A stretch of 64,000 nucleotides of DNA. Origin: Cytophagales bacterium (lineage in GTDB: Bacteria > Bacteroidota > Bacteroidia > Cytophagales > UBA9547). Location of the stretch: NCBI GenBank assembly GCA_044357485.1, contig JBIKPL010000001.1, positions 2,988-66,987 on the forward strand, in the 5' to 3' direction. Below, piece after piece: positions 47,509 to 54,463 of the stretch. Under the pieces are notes generated by a model. The model was not told the DNA's origin and made no database searches. It saw nothing but the letters and a program-made list of their open reading frames with translations. Made by a program: the position numbers and the translations under genes. Position 1 is the stretch's first letter, and every line of letters begins with the position of its first letter.

Positions 47509-48759
47509 ATGATAAAATCAATCATACAAGAATCAAATACGGGTACTAAAATCGTACTTACTTGTTTACTTTTACTTGTAATGTCGTTATTCGCACCACT
47601 CAAATTTACCGGTTTGGGCATTATTGTGTTGGCCATCGCTTGGTTTTTCAGTAGTTCTTTTACCACCAAAATAGTCCATTTTAAAACCAACTATTTTCAA
47701 TACTTGTTTTTTGCTTTGTATGCTTGGTATATCCTCGGATTGTTATATACCCAAAACCTAAGTTATGGAGGCTCCTTGATAGAAACCATGCTTTCTATAT
47801 TTGCTTTCCCACTTATTTTTAGTTCTTTGGCTACTTTTAGAATTAATGTCGTAACCTTTATTTTAAATTTTTTTGTGTATTGTGCCTGTTTAATTTCTAT
47901 TTTTTGTGTTGGTAAAGCTTGCTTCAATTACGCTTCTTGTGCTGATATTGATTTGCTTTATTACCATAAATTGGCTAAAAATGTTGATTTTTCTGCCATT
48001 TATCTTTCGCTTTATATTGCCATGGCCTATTTGATAGTGTTACTGCAATGGCTCCCTGCGGCCATAGTAGGCTCCTTAAAATCTAAAATTGTTTCATTTG
48101 CATTGCTTGGATTTTTCTTCCTGTTTTTGATTTTATTGTCTTCCAAAATGATCATTGCCTGCATTACTGCACTTACGATGATTTTGGTATTTATTCGCAT
48201 TCTTCCCCATAAAGCTTCTCTTACCTCAATATTGATTGCCATCGCCATTTTAATGGGGGTCATGCTAATGGTTGCCAATCTTAAAGTAACCAGGCAACGT
48301 TTTCAAAATGTAGAATTAAAAGCTTTTAAATACACCGATGTGGATGTGAATGGCTTAACGGGTAGAATTGCGATGTGGACATGTGCCAAAGATGTGATAA
48401 AAAACAACTTTTGGCTTGGCGTAGGCACAGGTGATATCGATGATGAATTGATTGCCGAATACCACAAAAAAGATTTTAGAGTGGGGTACTTTTGGAAATA
48501 CAATGCCCATAATCAGTATATTCAAACATTTTTGGGGCAAGGTTTTGTTGGGTTCTGCTTGTTAATGGCTTTGTTTATAATTCCATTTATCTATGGATGT
48601 CGAAAACGTGATTATTTATACCTCTCGTTTTGTGTGCTTTTTTTTAGTTTATGTATTACAGAAACAACTTTTACCAATGTGAAAGGCGTGTGCTTTTTCG
48701 CATTTTTTAATTCTTTTTTTATATTTCAGGGCTTCCTTAAAAATCGCCCGCTTAATTGA
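47509..48759 (+). CDS. O-antigen ligase family (Wzy_C domain) membrane protein
   Basis: 416 aa polytopic with a YNAHNQYIQTFLGQGFVG motif. Confidence 0.6.
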   Translation: MIKSIIQESNTGTKIVLTCLLLLVMSLFAPLKFTGLGIIVLAIAWFFSSSFTTKIVHFKTNYFQYLFFALYAWYILGLLYTQNLSYGGSLIETMLSIFAFPLIFSSLATFRINVVTFILNFFVYCACLISIFCVGKACFNYASCADIDLLYYHKLAKNVDFSAIYLSLYIAMAYLIVLLQWLPAAIVGSLKSKIVSFALLGFFFLFLILLSSKMIIACITALTMILVFIRILPHKASLTSILIAIAILMGVMLMVANLKVTRQRFQNVELKAFKYTDVDVNGLTGRIAMWTCAKDVIKNNFWLGVGTGDIDDELIAEYHKKDFRVGYFWKYNAHNQYIQTFLGQGFVGFCLLMALFIIPFIYGCRKRDYLYLSFCVLFFSLCITETTFTNVKGVCFFAFFNSFFIFQGFLKNRPLN

Positions 48760-49732
48760 TATACACTTCTAATAAAGTAGCATTGGTAGCGTCTAGTGCT
48801 AGTATTTTTAAATCATTGGGGATAAGATAAGTATCGCCAGTATATATAAATACTTCCTCTTGTTCGTTGTATTTTAAAGTTAAACTACCTTCCACGCATA
48901 TCAATATTACAAACGAATCTTTCGAGGTATAGTCGAGGGTTAGTGGTTTATCTATTGAAATAATATTGGTAGTAAAGTACATACAATGTACCAAGTTGTG
49001 GGTACTGTTTTTTTGTCGAGAATAATGTAAAATATGGTCTGTATGGGCATTGAAGTCAATACACTTTAAGGCCTCTTCTGTATGTAATTCTCTTTTATTT
49101 CCTTCACTGTCTACACGATCAAAATCATAAATTCGGTAGGTAGTGTCTGAAGTTTGTTGAATTTCTGCAATACAACATCCTTTTCCAATATAATGTACTT
49201 TTCTTCCTGGTATATACAATGCATCGCCTGCAAGTACATATTCGTAATTTAATAATTGGTCTAAGGTATTTTGAGCAAGATGAAATAAATATTCTTCTTC
49301 TGTGATTGTTTTATTAAACCCCAAATTGATTTTGGCTCCTTCATCGGCTTGTATTACATACCACATTTCAGTTTTGCCACTTGCATTTGTCAACACACTT
49401 GCTAATTCGTCATTGGGGTGCACTTGAATCGATAAATCTTCATTAGCATCTAAAAATTTAATGAGCAACGGAAACTCATCACCATGCATTTCATATACCT
49501 TTTTACCAACCAGCTGGTCTTTATATTGTTTAATTAAGGTGGTTAAGCTCAATCCTTTTAAATTACCGTTTTCTACTATCGATACATTCCCTTCCACTGC
49601 CGATATCTCCCATGATTCCCCACAATTAAGAGTGGCGTCAATTTTTTTCCCTAAAATAGTGTTGATTTTTTGCCCTCCCCATATTTTTTCTTTAAAAATA
49701 GGACTGAACTTTAATGGGTATAATGGCTTCAT
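48752..49732 (-). CDS. manA: Mannose-6-phosphate isomerase, class I
   Basis: 326 aa. KIWGG, QVHPND and KTEMWYV motifs of type I PMI. Confidence 0.8.
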   Translation of the reverse strand: MKPLYPLKFSPIFKEKIWGGQKINTILGKKIDATLNCGESWEISAVEGNVSIVENGNLKGLSLTTLIKQYKDQLVGKKVYEMHGDEFPLLIKFLDANEDLSIQVHPNDELASVLTNASGKTEMWYVIQADEGAKINLGFNKTITEEEYLFHLAQNTLDQLLNYEYVLAGDALYIPGRKVHYIGKGCCIAEIQQTSDTTYRIYDFDRVDSEGNKRELHTEEALKCIDFNAHTDHILHYSRQKNSTHNLVHCMYFTTNIISIDKPLTLDYTSKDSFVILICVEGSLTLKYNEQEEVFIYTGDTYLIPNDLKILALDATNATLLEVYIN

Positions 49733-50011
49733 ATTGATACGTGTGCGAGACTATTGTTTAATTTTAAACAGTTGTTGTGATAAATTGTAACAATTTCTAA
49801 AATTAGTTTTTTTTTCTGTTTATCGTCTACCTTCTTTTATTTATTTATTGAATATATAAAGGTCTATAGTATTGTTGGCAAATTGATAACGTAAAGTGGT
49901 ACATTCTTATTTGAATAAATCTATGACAAAATCAACATTTATAAACAAATGAATAGGGCAAACCTTCTTCCCAAGTGTATTGAGAGGCATGAGTATAAAA
50001 ATCGTAAAACA

Positions 50012-50104
50012 ATAAATTAAAATTAGACCCATAAAAAAACCTTCCCAATAGCGAGAAGGTTTTTTTATGGGTCAATATTATAAGGGCAATATTAAAAATG
50101 CCAT
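50012..50104. repeat. 93-bp direct repeat, left copy (island boundary)
   Basis: 91/93 identical to 54371-54463. Contains the hairpin at 50028-50071 and an orphan copy of the last 13 nt (..W H F stop) of the nagB-II CDS. Confidence 0.9.
50028..50071 (-). terminator. Rho-independent-type terminator hairpin (left copy), downstream of the XRE gene
   Basis: cccataaaaaaaccttc / gaaggtttttttatggg form a 17-bp perfect stem with a 10-nt loop. Confidence 0.6.
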
Positions 50105-50153
50105 AACATCTTATCCTTAAAATTTACAATTTAAAATATTTTTCCAGTATTTA

Positions 50154-50501
50154 TTACTTTTTCATTGCTATCATCAAGGCTATTTGGGCTTCAAGAGAGA
50201 CGATTAATTTGTCTTTTGATTTAATAATATCATCCAATAATGTGAAATCATTGACGGTTGAATTAAAATTGTTGCTATTGGCTGAATTATAGAAAAAGTT
50301 CTTTTTATCGAAAGCAATAATATCTTCAATGCTTATATTTAAAAAATCGGCTATGTCTTGTAGTCTAGTGAGGGTAATATCTGCTTCATCGTTTTCTAAT
50401 TTGCTATAGCTTGCTTGTGAAATCTTAAGATGCTCTGCTATGGTTTCTTGTTTAAAGCCTTTGAACTCTCTGAATTTTCTTATAGAATAGCCAACCTTCA
50501 T
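50154..50501 (-). CDS. XRE-family helix-turn-helix transcriptional regulator
   Basis: HTH_3 pattern IRKFREFKGFKQETIAEHLKISQASYSKLENDEADITLTRLQDIADFL. ATG at 50501 (MKVGYS...) is preferred over the TTG track start at 50534. Confidence 0.8.
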   Translation of the reverse strand: MKVGYSIRKFREFKGFKQETIAEHLKISQASYSKLENDEADITLTRLQDIADFLNISIEDIIAFDKKNFFYNSANSNNFNSTVNDFTLLDDIIKSKDKLIVSLEAQIALMIAMKK

Positions 50502-50548
50502 AATTGCAGTGTTTATGTTTACTTCTATTTGCAAGTTATAAATTATTC

Positions 50549-50571
50549 ATATCAGTAATATTATATCAGTA
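50549..50571. promoter_or_regulatory. Operator-like direct repeats in the XRE / PD-(D/E)XK divergent intergenic region
   Basis: atatcagta occurs at 50549-50557 and again at 50563-50571 (14-bp period). Confidence 0.25.
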
Positions 50572-50646
50572 GATATTTATTATGTTGATTTATCAAAAAG
50601 CTAGGTTTGTTTAGGGCATTTCCATTATTAATTTAAACTAAAAAAT

Positions 50647-51687
50647 ATGATTAAACCTAACATTTTTGACATTGCAACAAAAGAATTAAACCAAGATGCT
50701 TTTATTACTTGGTTGTTATTGTGGGGTGGGAATAATGAGCCTGAAACTGATGACGAAAAAAAGTTAATCCTATGCGGCAAAGAATTTACTAAGGCACTCA
50801 TCACTAAAAAATACCCGAATTTCAATGAGCCAATTGAAACTGTAGATGCTGGAAGACAATGGGATAACATTGATGTATATGCAAAAATCAATAATAAATA
50901 CTTAATTATTATTGAAGACAAAACTAATACAGGGCAACGATCGGGTCAACTTAGTAGATATAAATTAATTGCTGAAGAATGGAGAAAAAAATATGCTCCA
51001 GAATATGAAGAAGTTATTTGTATCTATCTTAAAACTGGTAATGAAACACAAGAAAGTCTTGATGTTGTAATACAAGATGGTTTTGAAATTTACAACAGAA
51101 CAGATTTTATTAACTTAGTACAACAACACGATATTCGAAATGATATTTATTCAGATTTTAAAGCCCGTCTTTTAAAGCTAGAAAGTATTAATAATGAATG
51201 GATTGATAAAGTAATTAACAATTGGAACGGTAATGATTGGCAAGGTTTTTTTCAAAACTTAGAAAAACAGAATGTGATTGATAGATGGTTTAGGGTTAAT
51301 AACCCTAATGGAGGATTTTGGGGTGCGTTGTTCGCTTGGCGTGAATACAATGGAATACCTGTTTACCTTCAAATAGAAGAAGGCAAACTATGTTTTAAAA
51401 TAAGTACTCGTACAGCTGACAGTACTAATATTCCAGAAAATCTTAATAAAAGCGAAACAAGAAATAGGTTTCATCAATTGATTTTAGAAGCTGCTTCAAA
51501 ACAAAATTTAAGCTCAATAAGAAAACCAGACAGGTTTGGTCATGGCAATTACATGACCATAGCCATTATAGATGCCAAAAATTGGCTTGGCGATCAAAGC
51601 AAAATCATCCATCAACACCAAGTCATTGAAAATCTAAATTTATACAAATCATTTATTGACGATTTTGTAACAGCTTCAAATATATAA
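50647..51687 (+). CDS. PD-(D/E)XK nuclease-superfamily protein (PF14281/PDDEXK_4-like N-terminal domain)
   Basis: 346 aa. N-terminal NIFDIATKELNQDAFITWLLLW, then NIDVYAKINNKYLIIIEDKTNT (D ... E-x-K) and QLSRY. The Trp-rich C-terminal half is of unknown type. Confidence 0.5.
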   Translation: MIKPNIFDIATKELNQDAFITWLLLWGGNNEPETDDEKKLILCGKEFTKALITKKYPNFNEPIETVDAGRQWDNIDVYAKINNKYLIIIEDKTNTGQRSGQLSRYKLIAEEWRKKYAPEYEEVICIYLKTGNETQESLDVVIQDGFEIYNRTDFINLVQQHDIRNDIYSDFKARLLKLESINNEWIDKVINNWNGNDWQGFFQNLEKQNVIDRWFRVNNPNGGFWGALFAWREYNGIPVYLQIEEGKLCFKISTRTADSTNIPENLNKSETRNRFHQLILEAASKQNLSSIRKPDRFGHGNYMTIAIIDAKNWLGDQSKIIHQHQVIENLNLYKSFIDDFVTASNI

Positions 51688-51710
51688 TAATAACCCTTTT
51701 AAAAACTATT

Positions 51711-53069
51711 ATGAAAAAAATAATCTTTTTAGTTGTACTACTAATAGCTAGTATTACAACGTTTGCACAACGGTTTGTTACTGGTAATATTGAGTATAAT
51801 ATTATTACAGGAACGACCAATGTTGAAGTCAAATCCAAAACTCCAACTGGTATTGCCTTTATTGGATATACTGGACAGGTAATAATACCTTTAACTGTTG
51901 TAAATAATAGCATTAATTATTCAGTAACAAGTATTGGGTCGAGTGCATTTTCTAACTCTTCGGAATTAACAAGTGTAATTATTCCTAACTCAGTAACAAG
52001 TATTGGATCGTTTGCATTTGCTCGCTGTATGGGTTTAACAAATATCACTATTCCTAACTCGATAACAAGTATTGGGTCGTATGCATTTTCAGAGTGTAAG
52101 GGATTAAAAAGTATAACTATTCCTAATTCAGTAACAAATATTGCACAAAATGCATTTACAAGCTGTACAGGACTAACAAGTGTCATTATCCCTAACTCAG
52201 TAACAAGTATTGGGTCGAGTGCATTTGAAAAATGTACCAGTTTAACAAGTATTATTATTCCTAATTCAGTAACAAGTATTGGGTCGAATGCATTTGAAAA
52301 CTGTACTAGTTTAACAAGTGTCACTATTTCTAACTCGGTAACAACTATTGGAGAAAGTGTATTTCGTTTCTGTACCGGATTAACAAATGTCATTATCCCT
52401 AACTCAGTAACAAGTATTGGTATGGTGGCATTTGCTGGCTCCGGTTTAACAAGTATAACTATTCCTAATACAGTAACAAATATTGGGGGTAATGCATTTC
52501 AAGGCTGTACAGGCCTAACAAGTGTCTCTATTCCCAATTCTGTAACAATTATTGATTGGAATATATTTAATGGCTGTACAGGATTAACAAGTATCACTAT
52601 TCCTAATTCAGTAACATATATTGGTTCTAGTGCATTTAAAGGCTGTAGCGGATTAGAATCAGTAATAGTTGACTTGTCAACACCATTAACGATTTCAGAA
52701 GGCACATTTAATGGTGCTTATAGTTCTATATTATATGTACCGAAAGGCTCTAAATCAGCATATCAAGCTGCTACAGAATGGTCAAAGTTTACTAATATAG
52801 TTGAATTACCTTCAACAGGTATCGAGTCATTAATCAATTCAAATTTTAATATTTTCCCTAACCCAGTCACTGACAATGTAACCATTACATTAGAAAAAGA
52901 CGTTTCATGTATTGTATCAATTTATGATTTACAAGGAAATGTGCTTGCTACAAAATTAATTGAAGGCAATATTACCAATATTTCTACTACTAATTTGGCT
53001 AGTGGTTTGTATCAGGTAAAAATTATTTCTGATAAAGGTGTTGCGGTACAGCAGTTAGTTGTTAAATAA
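51711..53069 (+). CDS. BspA-type leucine-rich-repeat surface protein with T9SS C-terminal sorting domain
   Basis: Signal peptide, then about 14 LRR_5-type 23-aa repeats (IPNSVTSIGSxAFxxCTxLTSV). C-terminal Por_Secre_tail pattern (FNIFPNPVTDNVTI...IYDLQGNVL...LASGLYQVKI). Confidence 0.85.
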   Translation: MKKIIFLVVLLIASITTFAQRFVTGNIEYNIITGTTNVEVKSKTPTGIAFIGYTGQVIIPLTVVNNSINYSVTSIGSSAFSNSSELTSVIIPNSVTSIGSFAFARCMGLTNITIPNSITSIGSYAFSECKGLKSITIPNSVTNIAQNAFTSCTGLTSVIIPNSVTSIGSSAFEKCTSLTSIIIPNSVTSIGSNAFENCTSLTSVTISNSVTTIGESVFRFCTGLTNVIIPNSVTSIGMVAFAGSGLTSITIPNTVTNIGGNAFQGCTGLTSVSIPNSVTIIDWNIFNGCTGLTSITIPNSVTYIGSSAFKGCSGLESVIVDLSTPLTISEGTFNGAYSSILYVPKGSKSAYQAATEWSKFTNIVELPSTGIESLINSNFNIFPNPVTDNVTITLEKDVSCIVSIYDLQGNVLATKLIEGNITNISTTNLASGLYQVKIISDKGVAVQQLVVK

Positions 53070-53220
53070 AAAATATAGGCTTTTTAGCTTAATCATTGCG
53101 CTACTTTTGGTTACTGGCACCAATAAGATTACTTACTTAATGTCAAAATCACAGAACAGCTAGTTTAAAGAATTTTACATATTTGTTTCAGTGTAATATT
53201 TTAAGTAATACCATATATAA

Positions 53221-53682
53221 TTATTTAATAGTCCAATCTATATCCTTAAATATATAAGGGAAAGAGCATATACTTTGTATCATACTTTTAGAAATTAACT
53301 TTACTTCTGTTTCAATAAATATGCTTACTTCATCAAGTGTAAAATGAATTTTATTTGTAAATTTTCTTTTTAAAACTGCCCATATTTTTTCAGCCGGATT
53401 TAATTCTGGACTATAAGGTGGGAGAAAAACAAGTCCAATGTTTTCAGGAATTACCAAAGATTTTGCTTTATGAAATGCACCATTGTCTAAAACAATTATT
53501 TTAAATTCCTTAGGCCTATGTCTAGAAAACTCATCAAGATATATTTGAAATGTTCCTGCATTGCAATTAGGAAATTCTATTAAAAAGCTATCTCCATCGA
53601 TTGGAGAAAATGAACCAAACAAATAAGAACTTTTAAAAACTTGATGAAATGGACAAATCGGCTTCACACCCTTAGCAGTCAA
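53221..53682 (-). CDS. IS630 transposase orfB (DDE catalytic domain)
   Basis: DNGAFH and PYSPELNPAEKIW motifs. The frame stays open upstream of the track start through ..YFQDESRFGLF.. (first catalytic D) and overlaps the end of orfA in the -1 frame. Confidence 0.75.
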   Translation of the reverse strand: MTAKGVKPICPFHQVFKSSYLFGSFSPIDGDSFLIEFPNCNAGTFQIYLDEFSRHRPKEFKIIVLDNGAFHKAKSLVIPENIGLVFLPPYSPELNPAEKIWAVLKRKFTNKIHFTLDEVSIFIETEVKLISKSMIQSICSFPYIFKDIDWTIK

Positions 53683-53771
53683 TGATTTACCATTTCTTGT
53701 AAAAAGACCAAATCTGCTTTCATCTTGAAAATATAAATTGAAAGAATTATATTTTGGATTCGATAAAAATA

Positions 53772-54290
53772 TTATTTCTTGAATTTTTTGAGAGAAGTTT
53801 TTTTGAAAACCTCTACAGCTTGTTCATTTTTACTTACATGGCTTTTTCTTGCAACTTTAATTTTTGCACCAAAGTGTCTTTTTACATATTTCAATATAGT
53901 TATATATTTGATATTCAACGAAAACTCCGAGTTTACCCACTCCTGAAGTTCAATAAAACCACGCAGTCCATTTTGAGGGTCATTTAGCTTTTCATTTAAT
54001 TTTTTATGTACTGCTTCAGAAATAATACTTTTCTTAAACCCAATTCGACCATGAACTAAAAGTTGCTCAATGCCATAATCTGAATATATTTTACGCCATT
54101 TTACAATACTATTATGATTTATTCCGGTTTTATTAGATAAATCACGTTTTGAAATACCACCTTCTGATTCATGGTTTTTTATCTCTATTAAAATTTCAAT
54201 TCTCTTAGCTATAAGTTTTCCAGCATTTCTTTGTAATGCTTTAAGTTCTTTGATTGATTCTTTGATAGAAAGTTGATATGGTTTTGCCAT
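53772..54290 (-). CDS. IS630 transposase orfA (HTH DNA-binding part)
   Basis: 172 aa with winged-helix/HTH patterns. Ends ..FKKTSLKKFKK at A7 and A6 runs (53798-53804, 53784-53789) where a -1 shift joins orfB. Confidence 0.75.
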   Translation of the reverse strand: MAKPYQLSIKESIKELKALQRNAGKLIAKRIEILIEIKNHESEGGISKRDLSNKTGINHNSIVKWRKIYSDYGIEQLLVHGRIGFKKSIISEAVHKKLNEKLNDPQNGLRGFIELQEWVNSEFSLNIKYITILKYVKRHFGAKIKVARKSHVSKNEQAVEVFKKTSLKKFKK

Positions 54291-54370
54291 TTTATAAATA
54301 TTATATAGTCCATTGTTAATAAAAAAAATCCAATAAAAAAATATTGGACTATATATTATTTACAATTGGT

Positions 54371-54463
54371 ATAAATTAAAATTATACCCATAAAAAAACC
54401 TTCCCGATAGCGAGAAGGTTTTTTTATGGGTCAATATTATAAGGGCAATATTAAAAATGCCAT
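54371..54463. repeat. 93-bp direct repeat, right copy (island boundary; overlaps the 3' end of nagB-II)
   Basis: 91/93 identical to 50012-50104. Its last 13 nt are the final codons W-H-F-stop of CDS 54451-56376. Confidence 0.9.
54387..54430 (-). terminator. Rho-independent-type terminator hairpin of the nagB-II gene (right copy)
   Basis: Same 17-bp stem as 50028-50071, 20 nt downstream of the stop codon. Confidence 0.65.

Larger units (their letters stand above)
53208..54372 (-). mobile_element. IS630-family insertion sequence (~1.16 kb)
   Basis: Imperfect 30-bp terminal inverted repeats, 53208-53237 versus 54343-54372 (23/30). TA dinucleotides at both junctions (53209-10 and 54370-71). Encodes HTH orfA plus DDE orfB. 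Confidence 0.75.

Noticed and set aside
51917-52705. Minus-strand ORFs 51917-52393 and 52499-52705, and the 69-bp periodicity considered as a non-coding tandem repeat or CRISPR
   Set aside because: The periodicity is the coding LRR_5 repeat of the plus-strand gene, which has a signal peptide and a T9SS sorting domain. The antisense ORFs are repeat-generated artefacts.
53754-53987. 77-aa plus-strand ORF inside the IS630
   Set aside because: It is antisense to transposase orfA, with no support.
50105-54370. Search for an integrase, recombinase or excisionase that would explain the att-like 93-bp repeats
   Set aside because: No such ORF is present in any frame of 60 aa or more. The only mobility gene is the IS630 transposase, which is not known to generate 93-bp duplications. 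The integration mechanism is therefore left open rather than asserted.
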